Positions 1-13,976 of a stretch of 64,000 nucleotides of DNA are shown one piece after another (position 1 is the first letter of the stretch; each line of letters begins with the position of its first letter). Below the pieces are notes generated by a model. The model did no database searches, was not told the origin of the DNA, and worked only from the letters and a program-made list of their open reading frames with translations. The DNA is from the human T2T-CHM13v2.0 reference genome, Homo sapiens, in assembly GCA_009914755.4 (NCBI GenBank), contig CP086569.2:3520001-3584000 (forward strand), given 5' to 3'. A program made the position numbers and the translations under genes.

Positions 1-1403
1 CTTCTTTCACTAAATCCAGTTGTCACTTGTTTTTGGTGCTTGTGGGGCATCCAGTCAACTTCAGACAGCCTCTAATGTGGTGGTCGTGTTGATACTGTTG
101 TTTCCGAACCAGGAGTATGAGAATACTGACCCTGCCAAATGGAAGTAAAAACAAAACAAACAGAATAAAGCACTTTACAGGAAATTTCAAACATATATAA
201 GTAAGGAGAATAATATAATGAAGCCCTGGATGTACTCATAACTCATCCCCAACTCATCCCCAACAATTAACTCATGAGCACTCTTGTCTCATATATACCC
301 ACACTGATGTTGTCACTTCCCTTTTTACATTGTTATTAAACCAATTTCAGAAATTATATTACATTATATTACTTAATCCGTCAATATTCTATATGCTCCT
401 CAAAAAGATAAGTACTCCTCCAGAAAACATAAACACAATACCATAATCAAACTTAAATTTTTAAACATGTCATTAAAGTTAAAATTTTGTAAAACAATAT
501 CACACGTAAAATTTGCATATCTAAATGGCGAGGAAGGAATTCTCTTAAATTATTCAATTGCTGCAGGTTATTAGAGAAAATTAAAGGAATGGTTGTATTA
601 CATGATACAAGGGCCTTAATTTCTACAAGTCCAAAAAAGTGGCCCTTCGATAAAGAGATATTGCTTTTTGTAATGAAGACACTGAAAATGTTTGCTTACC
701 TGCATGGATAGCAGGCATATCATTGTGAAGTTAAATGAAGCCAATATTGTTGAAGTGATAGTGTTCAGATACAGTGTGAGACAATGGGCCGTTAGTTAAT
801 ATGCCAGATTCCTTGTACATAATTGGTCAATAATGTGTTACAAAATTACAAGAAGAAACTTTTCATCTTAATATGGAGAGTTCAAACTTTTCTATTACTC
901 AAAAGTATAATACACACTATTATAGAGTTTATGTAAATAGAGGTAACAGGCACAGTTTTATGAGGCTTTGGGAAAAATTTTCCATGATGACCTTGAAAAG
1001 CCTGCAGAATTTATGTGATACAGACAATTCCTTTTCAATTTTTGTGTGACTGTAAGGCATAAAAGCCTCTCTTAAGGATCTTGTAAGTGAAGAAAATGTT
1101 TAAGTGTGTTCAAACTGTCTACAGAAATGTCACATTAGAGAGAAATGACTACAAAGTGAAATAATCATCAATTGTCTAACATGTTGCAGACCTATCTTTT
1201 TTACTGCTATAGGTGAATTTTTATAAATAATTGATTCATATTTAACGAGGAGAAGGCAGTTATATGGGGCTTTTTTACTATAAAGATAATTGATTCAATT
1301 ACAGGGAAATGTGATAAAATGATGGAGGATTATTTGGGAAACCTTTAACTCTCTTGGTATGCAGAAGTAAATTTAGGGAGGTGCTCTAGCATTAACACTT
1401 AGT

Positions 1404-1531
1404 GTATTTTTAGTAGAGATGGGGTTTCGCCATGTTGGCCAGGCTGGTTTCAAACTCCTGACCTCAGGTGATCCACCTGCTTCGGCCTCCCAAGGTGCTG
1501 GGATTATAGGCATGAGCCACCACGTGCGGCC
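1404..1531 (-). mobile_element. Partial Alu SINE, about 130 bp, antisense
   Basis: Reads 'tttttagtagagatggggtttcgccatgttggccaggctggtttcaaactcctgacctcaggtgatccacctgc...ggattataggcatgagccaccacgtgcggcc', the reverse complement of the Alu left arm and 5' end. No A/T tail or right arm, so it is a fragment. Confidence 0.85.
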
Positions 1532-1740
1532 AGTTTCCTTTATATTTTCAAAGAGAAATGTCTAAATATTGGAAATACCGAAAAGCACAATTTGTACCCT
1601 CATTGCTTATACATAAATGGAAGTAGAAGAAATACCTCCTCGTATTTCTTGTAAGCATTCACTGCCTCTCTAAATAACAATTAGAGATTTGAAAGAATAT
1701 CTATACCATCCAAAGCGTAAACGGCAAACAAGTCTGGTAG

Positions 1741-2268
1741 ACAGAATAATGGCCCTCCAAAGATGTCCACATGTTAACAGCCAGAGACTGTAAATATGCT
1801 ACCTTGTATGACCAAAGGGACTTTATAGATGTGATTGAGTTAAGAATCTTGAGATGGGGGGTTATCTTGGAGTATCTGAGTTAGCCTAATGTAATTAAAG
1901 TGATCCTTATAAGAAGGATGCAGAAAGGTCAAAAGGAGAGAAGGTGATGGGGCTACAGAAGGAGTGAGAGAGAGAGCAATTGAATGATGCTATTCTGCTG
2001 GACTCCAAGACGGAGGTAGAAGCCAACAGCAAAATAATAAAATAAACATAAAAATGCATGTGGTCTCTGGAAGTCGGCAAAGGCAAGACAACGAAACATT
2101 CTCCTTTAGAACCTCCCAAAAGAACCATCTCTGCTGACACCTTGATGTTAGGCAAGTGAGACTGATTTTGAACTTCTGACTTCCAGATCCATAATATAAT
2201 ATAGGTATGCTGTTTTAAGCCATTAAGTTTGTGGTAATTTGTTACAACAGCAATAGGAAACTAATAAC
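1741..2268 (+). mobile_element. Ancient MaLR-type LTR remnant (MLT/MST-like), same family as 41050-41575
   Basis: 3' part reads '...ctgctgacaccttgatgttagg...ttgaacttctgacttccagatcc...gttttaagccattaagtttgtggtaatttgttacaacagcaataggaaactaat'. This matches the conserved MaLR LTR terminus ('...ccttgatcttggacttccagcctccagaactgtgag...gtttaagccacccagtctatggtattttgttatagcagcc...'). The upstream part ('gatgtccacatg...gggactttatagatgtgattgagttaagaatcttgagatgggg...taatgtaattaaagtgatccttataagaagg') recurs at 41050-41575. Subfamily not determined. Confidence 0.5.
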
Positions 2269-5177
2269 GTTTCCCTCAATATTCTGTTCAATAATAGGAA
2301 ACCAGAAATTTCGAATGGTAAGGAATGTACCTGTCTAGGAACCTGTAAGATTGGTGTTAACTATGTCTAACTATATACTGAAGGGAGCCTTCTTTGTGAA
2401 TTGTTAAATTTTGTAACACTCTGGCAGCCATTCACATGGCTGAGGAAATGCTATGGAAATAAGATCGTACCTGAAAATGACATGTTTATAGAGTAGAGAG
2501 AGAATTATATGAGGCTACTTGACTTTAAACTGTAGTGATTAAATTAATTGGAATTGGGGGCTTGATGTGTTAAAAACCTTTTACTTGAAATTTATATTTG
2601 TGCATATCGACGGGGCTTTTTAAGGCATCGTTTGTGCTTAGGACTAATTTTTTAATCTTGAATTTCTTAAAAAGATTAAGGATTTCCTGAGAAAGCTTAG
2701 ATCCACCAGTTTGAGGAAATAAATTTAAGGATTGGGAATGAGTTCACTGGCTAAGAAAAAAAGTTCATTGCTATCGTTTTGTTAAAACCTTAAAAGCCTC
2801 CTATTAAAGGAGGTAGATTTTTCTTCCTTAATGAGATGATTGAATGGAACATAATTTGATGATCATTGATTACCCTCAATGAGAAAAAAAGCATATAAAT
2901 GGCACAGCAACATTTTTTAAAGTCTTTGTTCTGTAATTTCAATGTCAGAAGACTTGGGTGGGCATCAATCAACAAAGTAACACCCATATAGCTTATTGAT
3001 CTATAAAAAGCTACAAATTCACATTCAAACTGATGGTTTCTCACATATCTTCATAAGGAGATGTTAAAGGACTGGGACATTTAATATCGTAATTCAGAAT
3101 GTTACTGGGCATTGATATAAGATGGTAATAGAGACACTTTTATGGGAATACAGGGTCAAAAATTGCCTTGACAAGCATGTGTAATTTATATTGTGAAGAA
3201 ACTTTTTATAATATCTCCAGGGCTATTAGAAATGCAAATTTACTTGCAAGAGTTTGGTTAACTAACAGGTGTAAATAAATCCTCAGAGACCATGTATGAA
3301 AAGTGTGTGTCAGGAAATGCTACATGGGTATAAAAATATCTCAGTAAGATTAAGTTCCCAGTAAGACTTTAAAAAATTGATTTATGTGTCATGCTACACC
3401 ACATTTATATGGCCTGTGGTTGTACAAAATGAGTAGTACTACTGAGAATTTGTTATCTACAACAAACTTGAGGGTCCTATATAGAGTTATGAGACTGTAA
3501 AATGAATTTATTTTGTTCATTGAACTCCTGAGGTCTGTGTAAGCATCAGACATATTTTGGCAGAATTTGTATACTCCAGCTTGAACATCCTTATTAAATG
3601 TTTGGTGTCAGTAACATGCTAGGAATTGGATTTTGAAAATTAAATTGAAATGATAAAAAAATTCTTTAGAATCCCTATAAATCTCCAGGTTTGCAGCATT
3701 CAATTGATATAAGTGGATTGTCCTTAAATTTAGGAGAATGTATTCTGAGTAATATCTGTCCAAAATATAAAAGATGACTTATAAATGTGATTGGAAGTCT
3801 CCATTTGATACTGTATGATAGGAAAGTGTGTTTTTATTACTTCTGTATTTTTTATTTGAATGTATTTTTTATGCTTACATACATAAAATTTATATCTATG
3901 GTTTACACTTGTAATTTGAATATAGTAGAATTCATACATTATAAACGTGAAATTCAATGAGTCAAAGACTTAGAACTATGTCATTCATAACCTTAGTAAG
4001 ATACAGAGCATGTTCATAACCCCAGAAAGTTTTCTTGTGTGTGGTATCTCCCCATCAATTTCTGAACCATCTCTCTTGGGAAACTGTTGCTTTGATTTTT
4101 ATTAAAATATTTAATTTTGCCTATTTGACATTTTCATATAAATGCAACCATATAATATGTATAGCTGGACCTCTGTATCTGCAAATGCGGATTCAACTGC
4201 ACTATGCCACTTTATATAAGGGACTTGAGCATTCATGGATTTTGATATCTGCAGGGGGCTTTAGAACCAATTCCCTGTGAATAGTGAGAGATAATTGTAC
4301 TATATTGTGCCAGGCCTTTTTTCATTGAGCATAATATTCTCAGATTCCGTCATGTTGCTGCACGTATAAGTAGTTCATTCTTTTGTATTTTACAATATTA
4401 GTTCATTATAAGGATAAACCACATTTCATTTATCCATTATATGCTGATAAATATTTGGCTTCTTTCTAGGTTTGGCTGTTAAGAATAAAGCTGCTATAAA
4501 CATTCATGTACAGATCTTTTTGTAGATTATTTTTGCATATTACTTGGGTAAATTTCTAGAAGGGCTAATTTCTGTATCACAGGACAAATGTGTATTTAAT
4601 TCTATCAGAAACTTCCAAAGCGGCATAGGTTATTTTAAGTAGTTATACCGTTTTAAAAACCTACAAACAACCACAAGAACTTTGGTTCCTCCACACCATC
4701 ACTAATATTTGAATTAGTCAATCCTTTTGTAGCCAATCAATGTGGGTGTGAGGTAATATATCTTTGTTTTATTTTGCAATTTTCTGATGACCAATAATAC
4801 TGAGCACTTTTTCATCGCATATTGGTTATTCATATGTCCTCTCAGTGAACTATGCATTTAAGCTTTTTAAAATTTTAATAGATTTGTTTTATCTTATTGG
4901 ATTATATGGGACTTTCATTCATTCTTGATACAAAGCTTTCATTGAATATAGAGTGAATATAATTTATAGCAGTGGCATCTCTGTTCATTTTTTAAATTGT
5001 ACTTTTTGATGAGCAGAAATTTTTATTTGAGGAATTTTTGTTAATACTTTAAAAAATGTTTGGTATTGCTTTTCATGTGCTATTTAAGACACTTTGCTTA
5101 TATCATGGGTGTGAAGACATTTGCCTATTTATTCTAGTGGAAGATTTATAGATTCAGTTTTTAAATGTGGCTCTACT

Positions 5178-5532
<355 letters not shown>

Positions 5533-6185
5533 TCACGCCTTTTCAGAAGTTTTTCACATGGACATCCATTTCTTCCATCAGCATATGTAAAAAAGAATTT
5601 GAATTCTCAATATCATTGATTTGGGTCACATTATAGTAATATTGAAACTTTTTATTCTGTTTCCTTGATCCATTTGCCTATTCTTATGCCCAAAAATACT
5701 GTTCTTATTATTGCAGTATCATGGTAATCATTAAAATCAGACCGTGTAATTCCATCAAATTTGGCTTTTTTAAAGATTGTTTTGACAATAACAGATCCTT
5801 AAAATAAACTGTTAATTTCTAATAATATTTTGGAAAAAGTTGCTTTAGATCTATAATTCAATTTAGGAAGAATTGATGTTTTAACATATTGAATCTTCCA
5901 ACACATAAACACAATAAATCTTCATATTTGTTCAGTTCTTTTAAAAATGTACTTTTAGGAATATTCTATAGTTTTCAGTGTGAATGTGCTGCAAATATCT
6001 GATTAAATTTATTCATAAATATTTGATTTTTATTACTTTATAAAAGATATTTTTCAATATCACTTCTGTTTCTTATATTCTCATTATAATTTTTATATGT
6101 ATGTTTTATCATGTGATCTTGCTAAACTCACCTATAAGTACTTTTAGTTGTTTTTTAGCTTTCTTTTTGATTTCTATAAAAACAA

Positions 6186-6425
6186 TAATGCCATCTGCAA
6201 ACAGACAGTTTTTTTTTTTCAGTTTTTATGCCTTTTTTTCCTTTTACAACATGGACAAGACCTCCAGTACAATGTTGATCAAAAGTGGTAAGATTCAATA
6301 TCATGCCTTGTGTTCAATTTTCAGGGAAAATGTTCAACATGTCACCATTGAGTGTAATATTAGTTGTAGGAAATTCAAATACACCCATTATCAGATTAAG
6401 TGTGTTTCTTTTTGCTCCTTGTGTG
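6186..6425 (+). mobile_element. Ancient L1 fragment, internal piece
   Basis: Reads 'gccatctgcaaacagacagttttt...acaacatggacaagacctccagtacaatgttgatcaaaagtggtaagattcaatatcatgccttgtgttcaattttcagggaaaatgttcaacatgtcaccattgagtgtaatattagttgtagg'. This resembles the common L1 segment 'gccatctgcaaacagagacaatttgacttcctctt...cttccagtactatgttgaataggagtggtgagagagggcatccttgtcttgtgccagttttcaaggggaatgcttccag'. It is highly diverged. Confidence 0.45.
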
Positions 6426-7344
6426 CTGAGAGATTTTATAATAAATATATATTACATTATTTAAATTATTTTCCTACATGTAAATTATCATTTGATTTTA
6501 AACATTTATTTTATTAATATGGTGAATAAAATTGATATTTTAAAGTTACATAACTCTTGAATTCCTGGGCAAACTCCCACATATTGATGGATATAATTGC
6601 CTTTTATTTGTTTTCCTTTATCTATATTTGAGGAATACTGGACTATATATTTATAAAATAGACTTTATTTCCTGACAAAGTTTTAGGATCCCAGCCACAG
6701 TGAGTGGAAGTTACAGAAATTTCCCACATAACCCATGCCCTATGTATGCACAGCCTCCACCCCTATCAAAATTCCAAACCAGAGTGGTACATTTGTTACA
6801 TCAATAAACCTGCATTGTCAAACCATTATCACCCAAAGGCCTAGGGTTCACTCATGGTACAAATTCATGGTTTTCATACCTTTCTGCCTTTTCTTTTTGC
6901 AACCTATTTTTGGAAATTCTTTAGGTGGACTAAAACATTTTTTTTCTTAAACAAAACAAAACATGTGCTTAGCACCTATGTTTGTTTCTTTTCTTAAAAT
7001 TTATTATCATATTTAATTCAACCTATTTCTCTTTCCTCTTTGCCATCTTCAGCCTATTGTGCATTGCATTACCCAATCCCTTTGGCCTTTAGGGGTACCA
7101 GAAATTACTTTGCATTGTGAAAAACTTGACCTTGGTATGTGTAATGGCTAAGAAAAAAATACACTTTTAGAGGTCGCTGATGGCAGTTGCTTAAAGTAAA
7201 TGGTTACTACTGCAGGGAGCTACTTGTTTTCTTTTGTGCTTGGATTAAAAAAAAAAGCATGGTTTTGGACACCTAGATGCTATATAAACACTCCCCACTG
7301 GGGGATAAGATGCCCATGGAGGATGGGCTGATCACAGAATAGGC

Positions 7345-8475
7345 TAATTGGCATTGGGTTGCCCACTAGCCTCTGAGTATGTATTTTTAGTAAAATACAC
7401 TGTGAAAGCATTGTGTGGCCCAGTCCTCATGGTAGAGTTACTATTGGCAAATTCATACAGTCTGCAGCAAACTCGATCCTTGCCTCTTTGGAGGAAAGAA
7501 TTCAGCCAAGGAGCAGAAGTAGGTTTAAGGTAGAGTGAGCGACCAAGGCAAATTTTGTAGCAGGAGTGAGAGTGTATTAAAAAGTTTTAGAGCAGGAATG
7601 ATAGGAAGCAAAGTACACTTCGAAGAGGGACAAGAGGGTGACTTTGGAGATCCAAGTGCCTTGCTTAGCCCTGGATTTAGAGTTTTATACATTGGCATTG
7701 ATCTATGGTTTGCATTTCTCTCCTTTCAATTTTTTCATTGGGTCAGTCTGTCCATATACACAGTGGTCTGCCAGCACTTGTGAGGGCTTATATACACAAT
7801 GTGTTTACTGAAGTTGTGCACAACCTCCTTTGAGGCATTTTTTTCCTTACCAGTTGAGCATTTCCAGGGGAATTTCATATACTGGTTAAACTCTGCCATT
7901 TTGCCTCTTAGTGCACATGCTTAAGCCTGCTCATCCAACTCCTAAGATCTTATTGGGAAGCTACTGATCACCAGCTTCAGGTTTTTTTCTATCTATTGGG
8001 AGACTGTCTTTCCATGGCACTGGCTGTGACTAATTATCACTTTAGAGAGGCAGTTTAACAAGCACTTGACTATCACGTGATTCACCTGATGGTCGCCTGA
8101 CATTCTTGGCAGCAGGGTGCTCTTCTGCTCTCCTGTCCTGCTATTGTCTGCTAAATTATCGACTGTAACATTTCCCTGCTCAAGTCTAAGACCCAATTCT
8201 TTGGGATAATGAATGAAGGTCCATCTTCTGTAACTGCTTCCTGCTGACAGGGAGGCTGTGGTGGTTGTTCTGTGGGTCTTGGCCTCTTGCTAGCTGTCAG
8301 GGCAGGGTAGCTCTGTAAGTTGATGAAAGTGTTATCCAGCCAGGTCTAAGGGTGACAGAAGCATGATTTCACTTCTGTTCTGTTCTACTGATGGGCATCT
8401 AGGGATGCTCTGTAGAGGGTGACTCTCAAATGTTGAGGGTATGGTATCCCTTACTAAGGATCATCTGTAGCTTGA
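7345..8475 (-). repeat. ERV 3' LTR, about 1.1 kb, apparently full length
   Basis: Collinear over about 1 kb with the solo LTR at 32860-33895. Examples: 'ctgccattttgcctcttagtgcacatgcttaagcctgctcatccaactcctaagatcttattgggaagctactgatcaccagcttcagg' against 'ctgccattttgctcttagtatgcatgtttgagcccactcacccaaatcctgaaatattattggaaagctgctgatcaccagcttcaggg', and 'gcttcctgctgacagggaggctgtggtggttgttctgtgggtcttggcctcttgctagctgtcagggcagggt' against 'gcttcctgctgatggggatgtggtggttgttttgttggtcttggcctcttgctagctgtcaggacagggt'. The boundary at about 8470 is where similarity to the solo copy ends ('...aatgttgagggtatggtatcccttactaaggatcatc'). Confidence 0.7.
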
Positions 8476-9610
8476 TGGCCTGAAGACAAGAGGAGACAAA
8501 CTGGGTTAGTAGATTTAGAAGACACGAACCAAAAAGGAGCAAAAGTAGGAGACTAACAAGTGATATTAAAAAGGGAGGAACCCGGAAGAACCATTTTTAG
8601 GTTCTTTCACAATTTAGCCCTGAGTGGTTTGTTCCCGTAAATGGGAGTCTCAATTTATAAGTTGCCTGATATCTTGTATTTTTTTGATTGATTTACCCAA
8701 AGCAACATTTTTTATCTAAGGGTAAGGCTAAACAAATTCCTTGCTGCACTGTTATTAACATACCTAGTCCTCAGCTGCTTTGGAGTACTATGGATACTAA
8801 AGAGTCTATTTGTTCTTGTACAGCTGTTAAGGTTTTACCCATAGCACCAATATTGTTGGCTATATCTTTTTAAAGTTGGCTATATAGGTCAAAGAGGCTT
8901 GTGTGACTGTGGCAATTCCAGTGCCTGTACCAGTTGTAATGTCAAGTCCCACAGGAAGGGGAATTAATTGGTCAGTCCTCCTGACCCTGGGCAAGATGGA
9001 ATGCCCACAGATTGGTACTAGAAGAGAGAGATTGCCAAGGGCTATGAAGGTGTCCTGGGATACATAGCTTATGGTACAAGTTCCAGTCTAGTTAGTGGGG
9101 AGACATTAATGAAATGATTGGCCACAAATATAGAAAGGAAGGCTCCTCCGGTTTTAAGCCAAGTAGAGATGTCAAAATGAAATAAGGGAGTGAGGACAGC
9201 TCCATAAAATCCCAAGGTTGCTGACATCACCAGGTAGCTAGTGGCTAGCTATGCTTGCTAAGACTTGGATGCATGGAGTTTGGCTCTGACTAGTTTCCTT
9301 GGTTTTATTCTCCCCACTTCCCCCACCCGCCCCCCCCAAAAAAGTATTTTGAGTTAGGTCCGTAGAACATATTCTGTGGTAGAGCTGAGGTTGGCAGTTT
9401 GCAGACATTGGGTATAATCAGCAGGCTGTACCAGAAAGTTTGAGTACTGCATGGGCTTTGGCATTCCTGGAAAAAGTGGGTGAATTTGTCAGAAAATTTC
9501 CCTGAGAAAAAGTAATATTTGGAGGTTTGGGGAATCTTGATTATTGGCAGAATTGGTTGTGAGGGTATGTTTGGTAAGTCTGTTGTTTAAAGTCTACAGT
9601 AAAAGTAACA

Positions 9611-9904
9611 TTACGCATGGTATTTGGAAGAGCATCTACATCTGTTCCATTTTTCTCTTTTTTTCCCATTTTTTCTCTTGGCCATAACACACATAAGAGC
9701 TATCCTCATTAAGGCAATATTAGTAAATATGCATCCAAAAATGGGAGGCTTCTTGAGGATATCAGGAATATCTTGCATTATTTTTGTAAGAAGGCTATTT
9801 GCAGAGCCAATCATTCCTTTCAGATTAGGGTCCCATTGATAGGAAATATGTAATTCTGCCTCTATGTTTGTCCAGTCTCTGGGTGAGGCTGGATAAGTTC
9901 TCAC
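9611..9904 (-). pseudogene. ERV env-region ORF remnant, assignment tentative
   Basis: ORF 9611..9904 (-) lies where env is expected, between IN and the 3' LTR. It contains the hydrophobic stretch 'FGCIFTNIALMRIALMCVMA' followed by basic residues, which looks like a TM-anchor and cytoplasmic tail. No diagnostic CX6CC or immunosuppressive motif was identified. Confidence 0.3.
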
Positions 9905-10676
9905 TGGTATTTCAGTTGAAGAGCTAGTACATAGCCAGCAATTAGTGGAGCAAGGGAATCCTGTGCTTTGGATTGCTGAGCTTTTTTCAATAATGGGAAA
10001 TCAGGATGATAGTGCACTATTAGTAAAGGGATGAAAATAAGAACAAGCAGGTGTGGGCCCATGGTGATCTAAGGTGGGATAAATTGGTCACAAAGAAAGC
10101 TGCCACTGGAACTCTTGATGGTGTACAAGTTACAGTTAGGGTAAAATAGTGATAACAATCACAGCAATTGTGAACAAAATTCCTAATATTGGGATCACCT
10201 TATTTTGAGGTGAAAGGATGTTGGTGGGATTACTTATCTTTTTGTTTAAAAAGTAATTTCAGATCTTCCAGTGACTCACAAGTCTATTCTGGAGCTGAGG
10301 TTTCTAGTTCTGGCTCTGGTGTTTTGGGGATTTTTCATGACTTCACTTGAGTGTGATGTATATAGCTGGCAATCTCTGGTACTTTAATGGCTGTGGGGGT
10401 AGATAATAGAATAGTGAGAGAGCCCTTCCAGACTGGAGTTAGTTGGGAATTTTAGGTTCCATCCTTCTAAGCTTTAATGGTATCTGGTGAGCTTGGAGGA
10501 TATAGAAGTGGATATTTTTTCCCTTCAAATTTTGGGTTTGTTTGTAACCCATATTCCCAGAGAGCCTTTTGGAAGCTTGCTAAAGAAGAGGCATACCTGG
10601 GTGATTGTGGCAATTTCTTCACCTAGTAAGAAGTCAAAATATAGGAATGTCCTTTCATATGAGGCCTCAAAGGGGC

Positions 10677-10922
10677 TTAATTGCAAGGGAGCCTTAGGGG
10701 CAACACAGATCTGAGGAGGGCTAAGGATAAGAGGTACTGCCATGGCTGTGCAGTTTCCTGATAGAGTATATAGAGGATGCATTTGAAGGTTTGGTTAGTT
10801 CTTTCCACTTTTCCTGTAGATTGTGGCCTCCAGGCAGAGTGAAGGTACCACTTTATTCCTGGGGCACTACTAACTTGTTGAGCCACTTGGGAAATGAAGG
10901 AAGGACCACCGTTGCTCTGCAA
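10677..10922 (-). pseudogene. ERV pol remnant, integrase core and C-terminal region
   Basis: ORF 10677..10922 (-) contains 'HSAWRPQSTGKVERTNQTFK'. This matches the gamma-retroviral IN motif '[20 protein letters not shown]'. It is followed by 'QPWQYLLSLALLRSVLPLRLP', matching '[25 protein letters not shown]'. Confidence 0.8.
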
Positions 10923-11653
10923 TAACCTGGGGAGCCTGAACTGGGAAATAAGTTCCTTTAGGAAAAATTTAGTAATCTTTTGTGCCTTGGTAGTCCTTGT
11001 GGGGCAGGTTTCTACCCATCCTAATGTAGGTGTCTACACAGACCAAGAGGTACTTATACTGCAGTGTGCAGGGAGCTGAGTGAAATTCATCTACCAGTCT
11101 GCCCAGGGTAGGCACTTCTCATTTGGACTGGACTTATTAATGGAGTGGGCTTCCCTCTCTGGGGATTATTTATGGTGCACAAGGTGCTTGACAAACCGTT
11201 GAATAGTTTTCTTTAGTCCCTTCCCACTGAACACCCCTTTACAAATTTTCCCTAGACTGTGTTTTCCAAAGTGGCCAAGTCTTGATGAATTTCCATTCAG
11301 AGGGTTTAGGTAGATGGAGAAGTTCTCCCAACCTGTACCATCCATTAATTTTCTTTTAGATACCCATGTTGTGTGGCCAAATCTATTTTTCTCCTTAGTG
11401 TATTAGAGAGTGGGAAGTTCATTGGGGAGTGAAGGGAGTAAGGCCCCCATGAGGGTATCTTTTGAGATAGCTACCTCTTTAGCTTTTTGGTCTACTGAAC
11501 TATTTCCCTGTGCAGTTTCATTAGAGCTTTTCTGGTGTCCTTTGTGGTGTACTACTGCCACCTCCTGTGGCAGATGAAGAGCCTCTAGTGGCTCTAAGAT
11601 TTGAGGCCTGTACTTAATAGAAGTATTCAGAGCTGTTAGGTATCCCTTTCCTC

Positions 11654-12031
11654 CTAGATAGCCTCATGGGTGTAAAGCACCAGATAGGTATATTTGGAAC
11701 CTGTGTAGATTCTCTTTCTTTCCCCTAGTTTTAGGGCTCTGATCAACATGATAAGTTTGGCTAGATGTGCTGAGGTCCCTGGGGAAAGAGCTTTAGCCTC
11801 TGTGACTTGGTGAAGGCACAGTATAGTGTACCCTGTATGTCTAGTTCCATTTCTGACAAAGCTATTCCCATCTGAAAACCATATTTCATACAGATTATCT
11901 ATTGGCTGATATTTTAAGTCTTCATGGCTGGCATAAACTTGGTTAAGTGTCTCACAACACAAATGTGTTGACTTATTGTCTCCTGGTAGTAAGGAGTAAG
12001 GAGGCTGGGTGAAGGGTGGAATACTACTCAA
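11654..12031 (-). pseudogene. ERV pol remnant, RNase H domain
   Basis: ORF 11654..12031 (-) reads '...EIWFSDGNSFVRNGTRHTGYTIL...TEAKALSPGTSAHLAKLIMLIRALKLGERKRIYTGSKYTY'. It is collinear with MLV RNase H ('WYTDGSS...[40 protein letters not shown]'). Confidence 0.75.
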
Positions 12032-12483
12032 CTGTTACCTGTGAGTTTTTTAACAACAAGACTTGGCACTTCAGCAATCTGTTGTCAGTGAGCCATCATG
12101 ACCCTTTTATGTCTAATAAGGTGCCTATTTGGTAGGAACTCAGGAGCCAAACTGACTGTCCCATGGTGAGTTTGAGGACTTCCTCAAGTAGAGGGCTGCT
12201 GCAGCCACTACTTTGAAGCAATGTGGCCAACCTTATGCTACTACGTCTAGGTTCTTTGAAAAGTAACCAACAGGACATTGTATTGGCCTGATGGTTTAAA
12301 TTAGAACCCCTTGAGTTAAACCTTGTTTTTCAGTGACAAAAGCCTAGTTTGGCTAGTATGGGTGGCCCATGGGCTGGGACATGTGACAGGGCAGTTTTTA
12401 GCTACCTAAAGGCTTGCTCCTGATCCTTTTCCCAGATAAGTGGGTCCCTATTAGACCCTTCTTTTAGATCCTGATTAAAGGAT

Positions 12484-12885
12484 TTAGCAATACCACCATA
12501 CCCCAGTATTCAAAGCCTGCAAATCCTGTGATCCCCAGAAAGGCACAAAGTTGCTTTCAGGTGATTGGGATAGGTATTCTAAGGATGACCTGTATTTATT
12601 CTGGGAGAGCTTACATACTTTGGGGGTCAAGACTATCCCCAGGTTTTGGACATCTTGTCTTAGAAGCTGTGCCTTGGCCTTGGACACCTTGTACCCTCTG
12701 TCTGTGAGGAAATTTAGTGTCTGGACTAGATGTTGGATTCCCAACTCTCTTGTTGGGGAGCAGATTAACAGGTCTTCTACATACTGTAGGAGATGCCCTC
12801 CCCACTCAAGCATTAGATCCTGCAAAGCTCTAGTCAAGGCTTGCCCAAACAAATGGGAACTATCTCTAAAACCTTGTGAAAGCAC
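12484..12885 (-). pseudogene. ERV pol remnant, reverse transcriptase domain with YVDD-type motif
   Basis: ORF 12484..12885 (-) contains '...LLQYVEDLLICSPTRE...'. This is the gamma-retroviral 'LLQYVDDLLLAA' RT active-site region (YVDD altered to YVED), followed by 'GYKVSKAKAQL', matching MLV 'GYRASAKKAQI'. Confidence 0.8.
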
Positions 12886-13976
12886 TGTCCAGGTGAGCTA
12901 TTGACTCCTTCCTTTTTTATTTGTCCACTAAAATGCAAATAGAGTTTGGAAGAATGAGTCTAGGGGATACAAAAGAAAGTGTCTTTGAGGTCTAAGACTG
13001 AAAACCACTAAGCATCTGGAGGTACTTCTACAATTACTTAAGGGTTGGGGACCACTGGGTTTGTTGAGACTACCGCTTCATTTATAATTTGCAGATCCTG
13101 GACTAGCTTGTTTTCTCTCTTGCTCATTTTAACAGGTAAGATGGAAGTATTACAGTGTGAGTTACAGGGTATTAATAATCCATGTTTTAGAACTTTTTCA
13201 ATAAGGGGCTGAAGTCCCTCTTTGGCCTCTGTCTGAAGAGGAAGCTGACTTCTACAAGGGTAACTAGAAGGATTCTTGAGCTGAATTACTACATTATGAT
13301 CTTTTCTTGTATTCCTGAGGCCCCAACCTCTGGATTAATGGGAAGCTCCGTGGGTAGTTCATCTTTGTGTGTGGTTTCCTTGAGACATAAGATTGCATTT
13401 GAAAAAGGGGGTGTTGGCTCTGGAGGAAAGGTTAATGGAGCCCCTAGTCTGAACAAAATATCTCTGTTTAAAAGGAGCATAAGACATTCTGGCATCACTA
13501 AAAACAAATGAGAAAAGACAGTTTTCCCCCATGGCAGCACAGAGAACGAATAAACCTCTGGGTTATGGAAACCCCATTTACCCCCATCACCTGGCAGGAT
13601 TTGGAGGATAATTGCCTGGGAAAATAGGTAAGCTTATTGTCCTTCCTGCCACATTCAAAGAGCCCTTGGCTCCATTCCTTCAATAGTGATGTTCAATCCA
13701 GGAGCCAACTGGAGTGTAGGAAGGACCCCTTCAGCTCAAAGCCATGAGGGGTTGCAATTCTGTCCTGGGCACCCTTCAGTCCTCAGGAAAGTCTCATTTC
13801 CAGTGGCTGAGCTTGTGATAGAGGGGACAAGCCATGCAGTTTATCCCACTGAGGAAGTTGGCCCTCCAGTGGGCTGGCTTCCGGCATTGATGGCAGTTAC
13901 CTGGAAGGATATTCTGAAGGCAACATGGAGGAGGCTGGCGGACTTGCAAGGCAGCCATCAGTTGGAGCTGCCACTT

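Noticed and set aside
8560-8600. Plus-strand purine-rich tract 'aaaaagggaggaacccggaagaacc' just beside the 3' LTR that resembles a polypurine tract
   Set aside because: The provirus is minus-sense, so a functional PPT would appear pyrimidine-rich on the plus strand at this position. The plus-strand purine run is more likely coincidental or env-derived.
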